A DNA stretch of 64,000 nt, taken from IMG/VR virus record IMGVR_UViG_3300042397_003635; one strand, 5' to 3'. Below the pieces are notes generated by a model that was given only the letters and a program-made list of their open reading frames with translations, searched no databases and was not told the origin of the DNA. Source of the stretch: a virus (Duplodnaviria; Caudoviricetes). Made by a program: the position numbers and the translations under genes. The stretch's first letter is position 1; each line of letters begins with the position of its first letter. Of the stretch, positions 45,956-55,669 are shown one piece after another.

Positions 45956-48442
45956 TTAAATTTTTAAAGTTAGTGAAATTGAAATATTTTTTTCATTTTT
46001 AATATTGATTAGATCGGCCGATCTATTATGTTGAAAAAACCTAGAGTCTTGTGATAAAATGTCTGCTATTGATAGTTTTATTTCGCCACTCTTTATTTTT
46101 TTAATAAGAACTAAATCTAAAATATCTCTAGCATTTTCATAAATATCTGGATAACCTTGAAAACCTACGGCTGAAATTCTTTCGCCAATTCGATTATATG
46201 TAATTGATCCAGATAAGGTACCTTTATTGATAGTTGCACCAGCATTAATAATATATGGAGACTGTCCTTGTAAAGGTCGAGTTTGACCTCTTTCGGTTAC
46301 AGTTGAAATTATTCCAGAAACATTTGAATATAGAGTTAACCACTCTGTAACCTTTTTTCTGGCATCTACTTCTATACCAGCTACAATTGCTGAGGCTGGA
46401 TTTGAATATGTCATTAAGAGATTTGATGGAACTGACCCAGCATCAACCACCAATTCAATCGGCTTATTAAAGTGTTTTGCAAATACTCCAACCGAAATAT
46501 TCTCTCCATTTTTTGGATAGCGTTCAAACTTAAAATCAATATTACTAACCTTTGTTCTTTCTAAATTTGGATTGCCTATTATTTGAGCACCTCTTATAAA
46601 ATCATAATAAGCAAAATTAGCAATCTCTCTAAATTCTGGTCGAGCTAAGGTTTGACTTGCAGCAAATCTAATTTTATTTTTATCAGTAAGCGAATAGGTT
46701 ATATTTAAAGATGGTAGTATGTCTAAATAGTTTCTATTAATTACTAACGCGGCTCCTCCAAAATCTGCAGTATTAACTGAAAATTGATTGTATTCTGTTC
46801 TAATACCTGCATTGATTTTTAAATTATTAAAAGTTGAATCGAACATTACATAACCTCCAACTAAATCAAATGCAGCTGAATATTTGTCAGTATTATTTGT
46901 AATCTCATTTAATAAATCGGCGGCTTCATATCTAAAGGTTCGGGCTTTAAAGTGTCTTAACTTTGTTAAGTATGATCCACCAAATTTTAATTGTTTAACT
47001 GAATAATTAGCTGAAGCATTTATTGAATTTTCGTTCATTACACTCCAAAATCTATAAGTATCTCGCCATACAGTTGAAAAATTATCAGAGGTTCCCAATG
47101 ATTTAGCTAATGGCTGAACTCGATAATCTGGTTGATCTCTCAACATTAAGTTATATCCAAGATTAAAATCAAACCTATCTTTCTTAAGATCTATTTGTGA
47201 ATTTAAAATAGATTTAATTATATGGTTAGAGACTTCAGACGAAATATTCTGCATATTGTCATAGTTTTCACCAAACCTTTTTAAATAATTAGATTCAATA
47301 TTTCTATTAAAAATATTCTTAAATCCAATTCGGGTTTTTCCAAGATACGTTAGATTAAGAAGGCCGTTTATTGATTTAGTATTTGTAAAAGAAAGATCTC
47401 TATAATCGTATGCAAATTCAGTTGAAGAAAAATATTCTTTTCTGGTAATAGTTGAAGTTGAATTGGATTCTCTATAGTTAGAGCTTAATATAATATTAAG
47501 TTTCTTTTTAGTATAACCTCCAGCCAAATTAAAGGTTGAATTTGGAAGAGCTGTTGTAAAATTAGCAGATGGATTTGCAATAAGAGTAGTAAAATATTTT
47601 CTATCTGAAATATCGCTTAGTCTAAATTTATAAATGGATGGAAAATTGGTTGGAAAATCTACTTTGGCAATTTGACCAACTTCCTTAAATGTAGTAAGCG
47701 TTCCAATTCCAAATGAAGCTCCACCAGAAATAAAATTATCACCAGCTTCCTTTGTTGTTATTTGAACTAATCCACCTGAAAAATCTCCTGGTAAATTGGC
47801 AGCCGCTGATTTAATAATAATTAGATTGTCAATAAGTGCAGTTGGAATAATATCAAACGAAAATGAACGACGATCGGGTTCAGTTGAAGGTAGTGGAGTC
47901 TTGTTTAGCTGAACAGAATTATATCGGTCAGCCAAGCCTCTAACTAAAACAAACTTGTCATTTTGTATAGTTACGCCACTTACTCGCTTAAGTGCATCGC
48001 TTACGGTTCTGTCTGGAGTCTTTTTAATTGTTTCAGAAGAAATACCATCTGCAACTGGCGTACTGTTTTTTACAATATTAATAACAGAAGCGGCTGATTC
48101 CTTTTTAGCAATACCCCTTACCTCGACTGCGCCAAGCGTTTGGGTTATTTCTTCTAATTCAAAATCTATTTGGGTTGGGCCTTTAATAGAAACTTCTTTA
48201 GTTAAAGGCGTATGTCCAATATAGGATGCCTTAGCTAAATAGGATGACTCAGATAAAAAGAGTTCATAATATCCGGTCGTTGATGTAATAGCTGCGTCAG
48301 TTTTACCGGTTGTAGAATTTGTAAACTGAACTACGACTCCAATTAGAGTATCGCTTTTAGATTTAACAAAGCCACTGACTTTGGTTTGGGAATAGGCTAG
48401 GGTTGGTAGTATTACCAAGGCTAGCAGGAATAATCTTAACAA
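45956..48442 (-). CDS. TonB-dependent receptor
   Basis: SPI then Q; N-terminal carboxypeptidase-regulatory-like domain; plug ALKRVSGVT...VRGLADRYN...LPGDFSGGLV; barrel with RPEFRE, NP.LE, C-terminal strand. Confidence 0.88.
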   Translation of the reverse strand: MLRLFLLALVILPTLAYSQTKVSGFVKSKSDTLIGVVVQFTNSTTGKTDAAITSTTGYYELFLSESSYLAKASYIGHTPLTKEVSIKGPTQIDFELEEITQTLGAVEVRGIAKKESAASVINIVKNSTPVADGISSETIKKTPDRTVSDALKRVSGVTIQNDKFVLVRGLADRYNSVQLNKTPLPSTEPDRRSFSFDIIPTALIDNLIIIKSAAANLPGDFSGGLVQITTKEAGDNFISGGASFGIGTLTTFKEVGQIAKVDFPTNFPSIYKFRLSDISDRKYFTTLIANPSANFTTALPNSTFNLAGGYTKKKLNIILSSNYRESNSTSTITRKEYFSSTEFAYDYRDLSFTNTKSINGLLNLTYLGKTRIGFKNIFNRNIESNYLKRFGENYDNMQNISSEVSNHIIKSILNSQIDLKKDRFDFNLGYNLMLRDQPDYRVQPLAKSLGTSDNFSTVWRDTYRFWSVMNENSINASANYSVKQLKFGGSYLTKLRHFKARTFRYEAADLLNEITNNTDKYSAAFDLVGGYVMFDSTFNNLKINAGIRTEYNQFSVNTADFGGAALVINRNYLDILPSLNITYSLTDKNKIRFAASQTLARPEFREIANFAYYDFIRGAQIIGNPNLERTKVSNIDFKFERYPKNGENISVGVFAKHFNKPIELVVDAGSVPSNLLMTYSNPASAIVAGIEVDARKKVTEWLTLYSNVSGIISTVTERGQTRPLQGQSPYIINAGATINKGTLSGSITYNRIGERISAVGFQGYPDIYENARDILDLVLIKKIKSGEIKLSIADILSQDSRFFQHNRSADLINIKNEKNISISLTLKI

Positions 48443-48542
48443 ATGATGTCAATAGATTTTTTTCAATATTATCTATTGAGAGCTGTCTATCAAGATCAGT
48501 AAATTTAGATTAACAAATTATTATCAAATTGGAATATTAGTG

Positions 48543-48794
48543 TTAATCTTCCTCGAAATGTTCTAGGCTAAATGAGATGGGTTCCAGTTCAGAATAAGAT
48601 TTATTCTTATCGATTGCTGAAACTGTTGAATAGGCAGCCCAACTTCCAGTTACAGTCCAGTGTAGAGTAGACTCGTCAGAGTGGGTCTTCCATTTTTTAA
48701 CATGTCCGCCATCAGCCAACTGAGTCAGGACTGTTTCAATAACTCGTTCAGAAGTTGAGTTATAGGTTGTGATATAAAATTCTATAATTTGCAT
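48543..48794 (-). CDS. Hypothetical protein
   Basis: 83-aa ORF with GATAAATA upstream. Confidence 0.55.
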   Translation of the reverse strand: MQIIEFYITTYNSTSERVIETVLTQLADGGHVKKWKTHSDESTLHWTVTGSWAAYSTVSAIDKNKSYSELEPISFSLEHFEED

Positions 48795-48809
48795 AACTGA
48801 AAATATTTA

Positions 48810-49175
48810 TCAATTACTGTGGAGGCCTTTTAGGATAAGGCGTGCACAACTTGGATTAGTTGCAAGTGGGACATTGTGTACATCACAGATTCGCATTAGC
48901 ATCTGTACATCGGGTTCATGTGGATGGGCATCAAGTGGATCCCTAAAAAATATAACTGCCCCGATTTCTTTTTCTGCAACTTTAGTTGCAATTTGAGCAT
49001 CTCCACCCATAGGACCAGACAGGACCCGAGTTACCTTGAGTCCTGCCTGTTCTACGAATTTTCCGGTAGTGCCGGTTGAGATAAGATTAATTCCATCTAA
49101 TGCTTCACGGTTTTCCATTAGGAATGCAACCATTTCTGCTTTTTTGCCATCGTGTGCAATTAGTGCAATTTGCAT
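48810..49175 (-). CDS. mgsA: Methylglyoxal synthase
   Basis: IALIAHDGKK, STGTTG, SGPMGGDAQI, FFRDPL..HPHEPDV, CDVHNVPLATN; start MQIAL (track starts at 49208). Confidence 0.93.
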   Translation of the reverse strand: MQIALIAHDGKKAEMVAFLMENREALDGINLISTGTTGKFVEQAGLKVTRVLSGPMGGDAQIATKVAEKEIGAVIFFRDPLDAHPHEPDVQMLMRICDVHNVPLATNPSCARLILKGLHSN

Positions 49176-49180
49176 GTTGT

Positions 49181-49384
49181 TTAGTTCTGTTTTTCTGTTA
49201 CTAACCATGTGTTTATTACTGCGCCAAACATGTCTCGATTACTCTTGGCATGTTGGAATCTTTGACTTGCTCTAACTGCGCATTTTTCGCGCTGCTCGAC
49301 TACAAGTTTCTCAGCTTCAGCAACTGTTAAATATCCTGCCTTTTTTGCAAGACTATCCATCAGTTCTCTTAACTTTCTTTTCAC
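49181..49384 (-). CDS. Hypothetical protein
   Basis: Short ORF in operon. Confidence 0.5.
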   Translation of the reverse strand: MKRKLRELMDSLAKKAGYLTVAEAEKLVVEQREKCAVRASQRFQHAKSNRDMFGAVINTWLVTEKQN

Positions 49385-49721
49385 GTGCTTTCTTTATATT
49401 TTTGAGATGATTAACTACTCTCTGTAGTTTATCAGCATCCTTTGGGTTTAGTATTACCTCGTCAAAAGCCCCAAAGCGGCTCTTACGACCAAACGCATAG
49501 GCTAATCCATACCATAAGCGTTTCCAAAAACTTCGATGGTTTGTTAGGTGAATATGCATAAACGCTAGTTGATCATCTATTTGTTTATCATACTCCCACA
49601 TAAATAGTATTTGATGGTCAGTCGAGTGACACTCACAAATTAAAACTTCTTGGTTTTCCATATATTTTATACTAAGGTTATTAAATAGGGTCTCCGGATT
49701 TCCACTGATGTCCACAGTCAC
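49353..49721 (-). CDS. Hypothetical protein
   Basis: LICECHSTDH, FWKRLW; real start probably MENQ. Confidence 0.6.
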   Translation of the reverse strand: MTVDISGNPETLFNNLSIKYMENQEVLICECHSTDHQILFMWEYDKQIDDQLAFMHIHLTNHRSFWKRLWYGLAYAFGRKSRFGAFDEVILNPKDADKLQRVVNHLKNIKKAREKKVKRTDG

Positions 49722-49810
49722 TGCAATAGGTGCTAGATCTTAAATCATAGTTGCTACCGCAATTAGTGCACTTATGCCAGATTTCATGGTTAAAGATTCT
49801 TTGTATTAAC

Positions 49811-50350
49811 TTAATCACGTTTTATTTCAATTTTATGTTTTTCACCATTTGCCATTGAATAAACTGCATGACTTGGATGGATTTGATATTCCTTACCTTT
49901 AAATTGATCCGCATATTTTTTACCCATACCTTTTTTAATATAGGCGACTGTCATATGAGGATGATAGTCTGGAAAGTCTGATGTAAAAGGAAACTGCTTT
50001 AACTTAGTATTAAGTTCTGATAATTGATCGCCTTTAATATCAAACTTTAAGACATCATACTTATCATTCTCAAATAGAGATGGGTTATGTGCCTTAACTG
50101 TTGTGTAAGTAGGCTCGCTAACAATTGGTTCAACCTTATCTAAGCCAACATTATTATGTAGACCATAAAGTAGTGTTACATGAGGTTCATCCTCTAACCC
50201 AAATGTTTGATCTTCTGGATCCACATACACATCATCGCGATCGATTTGACCATGCAATTCTGACATTTGCGGAAAATCTAGATAAAGCATTGCACATGAA
50301 AAATCATAAGCTGCTTTCTTTTCATTAATAAAATCTTTAATTGTTTTCAT
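49811..50350 (-). CDS. 2H phosphoesterase, T4 gp57B/Acb1-like, with CTS-like N-terminus
   Basis: PHVTLLYG and PHMTVAY (two HxT motifs); MKTIKDFINE. Confidence 0.8.
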   Translation of the reverse strand: MKTIKDFINEKKAAYDFSCAMLYLDFPQMSELHGQIDRDDVYVDPEDQTFGLEDEPHVTLLYGLHNNVGLDKVEPIVSEPTYTTVKAHNPSLFENDKYDVLKFDIKGDQLSELNTKLKQFPFTSDFPDYHPHMTVAYIKKGMGKKYADQFKGKEYQIHPSHAVYSMANGEKHKIEIKRD

Positions 50351-50364
50351 TTTATATTTTAATT

Positions 50365-50865
50365 TTAACAGAATTCAGTTGAGCTTGAAACTCTTAGTCC
50401 ATCAATTTCACGATCAGCATAGGCTTTCCAATTATTTCCTAAGTAGTGTTCCTTATCTCTCATGTATGCTTCGTCAGCGACTAATCCATCAGGTTGACCC
50501 CATTCCATAGCCATTTGAATAAACTCATCAGCTTCAAATTCTGTTCCATACTCATCAACTACTCTACCACTCTTAATAAACTTAAGTAGAGTTTCTTTAT
50601 TGGTGTAATATCTTTCACCATTAAAATTCCAGCAGAATTTCCAACCACTTGACCTTTTACCTAAGTGAATTAGAGTTTGATCACAGAACTCGTCCCATGG
50701 AGATTCGTGTTCCCATACATAATCAGAATCATGAGTAGGAATTGTAGAAAATCTACGTTCAATATTTGAAGGTGTCATCTCTAATTCCTGAATACGCTTA
50801 GCTAATCTAGCTTTACGCTCTTCCATTTCTTGTTCAGTTGGAATTCTGTAATAGTTAGTTCCCAT
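50365..50865 (-). CDS. Conserved phage hypothetical protein
   Basis: MGTNYY...IHLGKRSSGWKF...VDEYG pattern. Confidence 0.7.
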   Translation of the reverse strand: MGTNYYRIPTEQEMEERKARLAKRIQELEMTPSNIERRFSTIPTHDSDYVWEHESPWDEFCDQTLIHLGKRSSGWKFCWNFNGERYYTNKETLLKFIKSGRVVDEYGTEFEADEFIQMAMEWGQPDGLVADEAYMRDKEHYLGNNWKAYADREIDGLRVSSSTEFC

Positions 50866-51451
50866 TTCCTAAAAATTTTAAAATTGATTCTTTGACCCCA
50901 CTTTGTTTTATTCCTTCTCTTGATTTTGGAGTTAAGACAAAATTAGAGAGACCCCAATCTCTATCCATATCTCCCCAATCTGGATCTGTGTATGGCGCTC
51001 CCATATTTAAATCGTCGACTGCAACCCAATGTGTTATTTCTGGATGATCGATTAAGTATTGCTTGATTTCAATTGCGCGAGTCTGTTCTAAATCCCATTT
51101 AGGCGCCCAAACAAATGTACCTGCATTATACCAATTACACTCAGCCAGATTTGGAGTATATGCAATTGGTTTTTTAATAATACCTTTTGCCTCATAGTAT
51201 TCTCCCATCTCTTCTACATTTGCCCAACGTTTCCAATCTGAACTAACTACAATTTCTGCTCCAGTTTCTTGCAAAATTTCATTTAAGACTGCGACTGCTT
51301 TCTTATTGAAATTATCAAAACGTGCATCAACAGATAATGACAAAACAGATTGGCTCAGTTTTCGGCCAGCCTTTTGTTGCTTCTTAAATCTACCGCCCCA
51401 TTCAGTTGCTAAGCAAATTACTCCATCATGATCTAAAAATATTACTTTCAT
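50855..51451 (-). CDS. HAD phosphatase (HAD_SAK_2, RNA-repair-like)
   Basis: VIFLDHDGV, IVVSSDW, WVAVDD. Confidence 0.85.
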   Translation of the reverse strand: MKVIFLDHDGVICLATEWGGRFKKQQKAGRKLSQSVLSLSVDARFDNFNKKAVAVLNEILQETGAEIVVSSDWKRWANVEEMGEYYEAKGIIKKPIAYTPNLAECNWYNAGTFVWAPKWDLEQTRAIEIKQYLIDHPEITHWVAVDDLNMGAPYTDPDWGDMDRDWGLSNFVLTPKSREGIKQSGVKESILKFLGNGN

Positions 51452-51459
51452 AGTTTGTA

Positions 51460-52038
51460 TTAATAATATAAATCTACTAATGATTGGTTTAAGATTGCAA
51501 TAGCCTTATCTGCAAGATCATCCGTTAGACCAGTTGGGTGCTGAGTTTTAATAAAATGTTCACGTTGTCCATATAACATATCCGAATCATCGTCTAAAAT
51601 AATATAGTTCTTAACTATGGCTTTATCAATATGCTCGATTTGTTTCTCTTCGCTCCAATTAATTCTTTGAAAATCTCCATGATTATCTAACCACCAGTCA
51701 ATTTCACAACCTCTTGGCATTCGGTATCCATCAAATTCTTCATATGGTTTTTTACACCAAAGATGAGGTGTTACTCCAATAACTTCTCCAACAATACCAA
51801 CTTGATCAAATAGCCTTTGTAAAGATTCGACAGTTTCGCCGCTTCTCCAACTTGAACTAACTACAATTTTAGCATCAGTTTCCTTTATAATTCGGTTTAG
51901 TCTCTCAATTGCACGGGGATCAAATTCATAGAATGGATATTGTGCATTAACTGAATCCATTTCAACCACATCTCTACGATAGACATACCAATCCTGTGAA
52001 TTTAAAACTCCATCTATATCTAAAAATATTACTTTCAT
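51460..52038 (-). CDS. HAD phosphatase (HAD_SAK_2), tandem paralogue
   Basis: VIFLDIDGVLN, IVVSSSWR, RGCEI, YIILDDD. Confidence 0.88.
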   Translation of the reverse strand: MKVIFLDIDGVLNSQDWYVYRRDVVEMDSVNAQYPFYEFDPRAIERLNRIIKETDAKIVVSSSWRSGETVESLQRLFDQVGIVGEVIGVTPHLWCKKPYEEFDGYRMPRGCEIDWWLDNHGDFQRINWSEEKQIEHIDKAIVKNYIILDDDSDMLYGQREHFIKTQHPTGLTDDLADKAIAILNQSLVDLYY

Positions 52039-52286
52039 TTTGTATCTAATTTAGTAGAAATCCATACTAAGCTTTTCCAAATAAGGGAAATAACCATAGC
52101 TGCCCAAAACAGTGGCCACATAAAACTAATAGTTGCATAGGCTTCAGCATTTGAGTCATAATCATCATAGTAGTCTGGATGCGGCGGATCATAGTTATTA
52201 AGATCTAAGCCATTTTTAAATTTGTGCATTACATATAGGGATATAAAATATCCAACTACGTAAATTAAGAATATTAGATTTATCAT
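52035..52286 (-). CDS. Small two-TM membrane protein
   Basis: Two hydrophobic helices. Confidence 0.6.
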   Translation of the reverse strand: MINLIFLIYVVGYFISLYVMHKFKNGLDLNNYDPPHPDYYDDYDSNAEAYATISFMWPLFWAAMVISLIWKSLVWISTKLDTK

Positions 52287-52299
52287 AAATTTATTTTAA

Positions 52300-52503
52300 T
52301 TACCAACTATCAATATCGGTTAGGTCTAATTCAACCTTTGCTAAATGACTAAAGACACTAAGTTCCATACCAATTCCGTTTGGTGTGTATTTCCAAGTAA
52401 GTAGCCCAACCTGACCATATAGAGCCTTAATATGCTCAATCCATTCCTCATACTTTGCCTGTTCTTTATCGTTTAATTCTATTTCAATTTTGTGATTTGC
52501 CAT
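52300..52503 (-). CDS. Hypothetical protein
   Basis: Tightly packed ORF. Confidence 0.6.
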   Translation of the reverse strand: MANHKIEIELNDKEQAKYEEWIEHIKALYGQVGLLTWKYTPNGIGMELSVFSHLAKVELDLTDIDSW

Positions 52504-52504
52504 C

Positions 52505-52804
52505 TTATCTGTTGGTTAAAAGGTATTCTGAGTTTTTGGTTTTAAATCTAACAAATTTTAAGTAACCTTCTTCATCCCTTTCCTCTTCTAAGATTTCAGT
52601 TACGACAGTTGTCAACCAATAGTCTTGATTAGAATAACTGCGAGCAGTAACAGATCCTACTAGGAGTGAACACCCGACTACCGGTTTATGATCGACTACT
52701 TCTTTAAATGTCTTGTCTTCATTCCAAGCAATAGCATCGACCCTTGCTCCTTGCTCCATAAATTCTTCTCGACCGTCTGGATGTATTTTAATTAGAGTTG
52801 GCAT
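52505..52804 (-). CDS. Hypothetical protein
   Basis: YWLTTVVTEILEE...FKTKNSEY. Confidence 0.6.
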   Translation of the reverse strand: MPTLIKIHPDGREEFMEQGARVDAIAWNEDKTFKEVVDHKPVVGCSLLVGSVTARSYSNQDYWLTTVVTEILEEERDEEGYLKFVRFKTKNSEYLLTNR

Positions 52805-52805
52805 C

Positions 52806-53006
52806 TTAGTTACATTTACACTGGGATCCAGTTAAGTTATCAATTTCGCAATCAGCTAGGTAAAGAGCTCCAGCGATTTTAGTCATTTGCTCTGCAGTTA
52901 AGGTATAAGTTGGCTGATCAAATCCAATTGTCATTGCGCCAGCTTCGTCAAAACTTTCCATAATGGCACGAGCTTCATTAATTGCCTTTTGTGTCGGTGT
53001 TTCCAT
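52806..53006 (-). CDS. Hypothetical protein
   Basis: Tightly packed ORF. Confidence 0.55.
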   Translation of the reverse strand: METPTQKAINEARAIMESFDEAGAMTIGFDQPTYTLTAEQMTKIAGALYLADCEIDNLTGSQCKCN

Positions 53007-53139
53007 CTTCTTCTATTACTAAATAATTAATACCAGATTCTGTCTTTTTAACAGTACCTGATTGAATAAGGTTATTAACTAGGTGTGGATCAATTTGAGC
53101 AAGCCAATTAATAGTCTGCTCCATGTATACTACTTTCAT
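52978..53139 (-). CDS. Small hypothetical protein
   Basis: Start moved to MKVVY to avoid overlap with 53147-53353. Confidence 0.45.
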   Translation of the reverse strand: MKVVYMEQTINWLAQIDPHLVNNLIQSGTVKKTESGINYLVIEEDGNTDTKGN

Positions 53140-53146
53140 AGTACTA

Positions 53147-53353
53147 TTATACTTTAATCTTGACAGATTTGGTAAAAATGTTATTGCGGATTTTGTGGTG
53201 TAGAACCCACAGTTTAGAATTGTGCTCACTTATAATTAGATCTTGATATCGATCTAATAGCTTTTCACAAACTTTAAGATGGGCTTTGGTAGTTGCCGAC
53301 TCGACTATCTTGTCAATCCATTGTGCTATTGCAATATAGTCGAGTTGCTTCAT
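53147..53353 (-). CDS. Hypothetical protein
   Basis: 68-aa ORF. Confidence 0.55.
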   Translation of the reverse strand: MKQLDYIAIAQWIDKIVESATTKAHLKVCEKLLDRYQDLIISEHNSKLWVLHHKIRNNIFTKSVKIKV

Positions 53354-53520
53354 GCTAGTTTTGAATTATACAGTACTTAACAAATAGTGCAATAAAACGA
53401 AGTGCAATACTTATACTTAATAGAGTAAAGACAAAATTCCAAATGCTTGAAAATGCAAAATTTGAAAGTGATTTAATTTTTGATCGCATAGTATAGAGAT
53501 TTATTCTATATTTTACTCTA

Positions 53521-54285
53521 TTATGCAATAGGGTTTCCGTCAGAGTGACGTTTACGATAGGCTTCCTTGCCTAAGTCAATTAGTTTTTCAATATGGCCTG
53601 AATTTCTTAAAGCTTTAAACGTTAGGTTCTCAACTGAGAACTCTCCCCGTTCACTCAGACCATCCTTACGAGCTTTCATGATTTTCTCTTTAAGCCAATC
53701 AACCCTTGAAATTAGAGGCTCCTGAATTAACCCGAAATCGCTTGTATCAATTTCCTTAGCTAACATTTCAATCTCAGTTTGTAGAGCTTCAACTCTGCGA
53801 CTAACGTCCTTAGGATCAATTGAAGGTGGGGTAAAGCGAGGAATTGTAATCCATTCGTCCTTTAGGAGAGAATAGAGTCCACTGGCAATATGCGGTTCGC
53901 TAATATCTTGTGCATAGAGTTCAACATCATGATCTAAGATCCTAACTGGATGACGCTGATTCCACATAAATCTCTGACCGTCTAGAGCTTTTTTAACTAG
54001 AGCTGTATCTTCATTGATCTTTGTAAAATCAAAAAGTACATGCACATCAAAATCAGAGTATTTGGTCCAGTTATAATTGGCAAGAGATCCAGTTAAGTGG
54101 ATATCTTCAATTGGAATCTCAACCTTAAGGGCTTCATAAAAATCCTGAGCAATTACAAGTAGTCTGTTACGTAGAGTTGGATGTATTTTCGGTGCAGAGT
54201 TTACATCAGCGATACCCCAAACTCTTGGATTAAGTTTAGGTTGATAAAATGGTTCTAGGTCTTCAAATAGTTTAATGTATCGCAT
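53521..54285 (-). CDS. Pol-beta-superfamily nucleotidyltransferase with CTS-like N-terminus
   Basis: LTGSLANYNW..YSDFDVH (GS...DxD), VELYAQD; MRYIKLFEDL. Confidence 0.82.
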   Translation of the reverse strand: MRYIKLFEDLEPFYQPKLNPRVWGIADVNSAPKIHPTLRNRLLVIAQDFYEALKVEIPIEDIHLTGSLANYNWTKYSDFDVHVLFDFTKINEDTALVKKALDGQRFMWNQRHPVRILDHDVELYAQDISEPHIASGLYSLLKDEWITIPRFTPPSIDPKDVSRRVEALQTEIEMLAKEIDTSDFGLIQEPLISRVDWLKEKIMKARKDGLSERGEFSVENLTFKALRNSGHIEKLIDLGKEAYRKRHSDGNPIA

Positions 54286-54292
54286 GCGTAAA

Positions 54293-55642
54293 TTAATACA
54301 TTATTAAATTTTCTTTTGCAATTGCAACTGAGTTCATTTCTAATATTCCCCATTGACCATCTCCAATTGCAGTATAGAATATTACAAATGGCATACCTGT
54401 TTTTATTCCTTGCTGATCGGTTCCATATCCATATCTGTTTAGATATCTACTGTTTTCGGTTGAACACGTAACAGTATTGCCTTCATCAGATGGAGCAAAT
54501 ACTTTTCCTGATGGAACATTAAATGAAATCGAATAGGTTCTTTCTTTACCATATGAATTTTGAAGAGTATCAGCTTCACCCATTTCAATTGTTGCAGTAA
54601 GATTAGCAACTTCATCTGAACTCAATAATTCACCGCCTAAATATTCTTTAGCCCATGCTTGTAGTGCGCCTATTTCAATTTTTTGGAAATCAGATTTTCC
54701 ATTTTTATCTGGTCTAAATGGAGTAATTGCGCTAGATTCAATTTTATGGTTGCTAGCATCTCCAAAAAAGAATTCCAATAGATTATCAGTTAAGACTGAA
54801 TAGGTTTTAGACGTTTCGCCGCTTGATCCAACTTGACCTGGAGTTTCTGTTCCTGGCGTAGTAGTTCCTGGAGTAACAACACCTGGAGTTTTTACATCGT
54901 ATGGAGTAGCACTAGTTGTTATTTTAACATAACGACCGCCTCTAGGCAAGCCAACCTTAAATGAGGTTGTAATTTTACCTGAAATAAATGTAACCAAATC
55001 TGGAGTAAGTTTACCGGTTGCAGTTAAGGCCTTAACTATTTCTTCCTTCATTTTAATTGCGCGATTCTCTGCAAGAAATTCATTGCTTGGTTTAGCACCA
55101 CCATAATTATGGTCTAGTTTAGTATAACCAGCTGGAATATCTAGAGTTGCATTTGCAATATCGGCTGCTCCTTCAATTGCAATTGATTTGAAATTGTTTT
55201 TTGCTTGTGTTGCATCTAACCTAAAATATTCAACTAGGTTTGTAATAAAACCATCAAATAAAACTTTAGCGGTTTGAGCAACTGTCCAGTTTGGTGTAAT
55301 AATATTATCTGGGTAAGGAAAATCTGTTCCTTTAAAATCAACCGATGGGGTAACAGTCGGTGGTGCAACTTGTGGTTGAGTTGTTACAGCTGGTGTTGAT
55401 TTAGGAGGGGTAACACTGGACCATTTAGATCCACGTTTAGCAGCTGAGCCGAATGATATACCAAGTGCTCCTTCTTTTCCGGATTTTTCAGCAATTCCAA
55501 TTATACGTTGACCGCTTCCAGCCAAGCCTAATTTTGGGAATTTGCCACTTAGTTTTCCTCGCCAATCAATAAAAAGACTTGCATCTTGTTCAAAAATTCT
55601 ATTTTCGCTTAACCAATTTTGGTATCTTAAAATATTTGCCAT
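54293..55642 (-). CDS. CTS-like N-terminus plus degenerate OmpA-C-like domain
   Basis: MANILRYQNWLSE; DFPY...SIAIEGAAD...NEFLAENRA...YVKI. Confidence 0.65.
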   Translation of the reverse strand: MANILRYQNWLSENRIFEQDASLFIDWRGKLSGKFPKLGLAGSGQRIIGIAEKSGKEGALGISFGSAAKRGSKWSSVTPPKSTPAVTTQPQVAPPTVTPSVDFKGTDFPYPDNIITPNWTVAQTAKVLFDGFITNLVEYFRLDATQAKNNFKSIAIEGAADIANATLDIPAGYTKLDHNYGGAKPSNEFLAENRAIKMKEEIVKALTATGKLTPDLVTFISGKITTSFKVGLPRGGRYVKITTSATPYDVKTPGVVTPGTTTPGTETPGQVGSSGETSKTYSVLTDNLLEFFFGDASNHKIESSAITPFRPDKNGKSDFQKIEIGALQAWAKEYLGGELLSSDEVANLTATIEMGEADTLQNSYGKERTYSISFNVPSGKVFAPSDEGNTVTCSTENSRYLNRYGYGTDQQGIKTGMPFVIFYTAIGDGQWGILEMNSVAIAKENLIMY

Positions 55643-55669
55643 TAATAATTATGGTTTGTTTGTAGTTAT

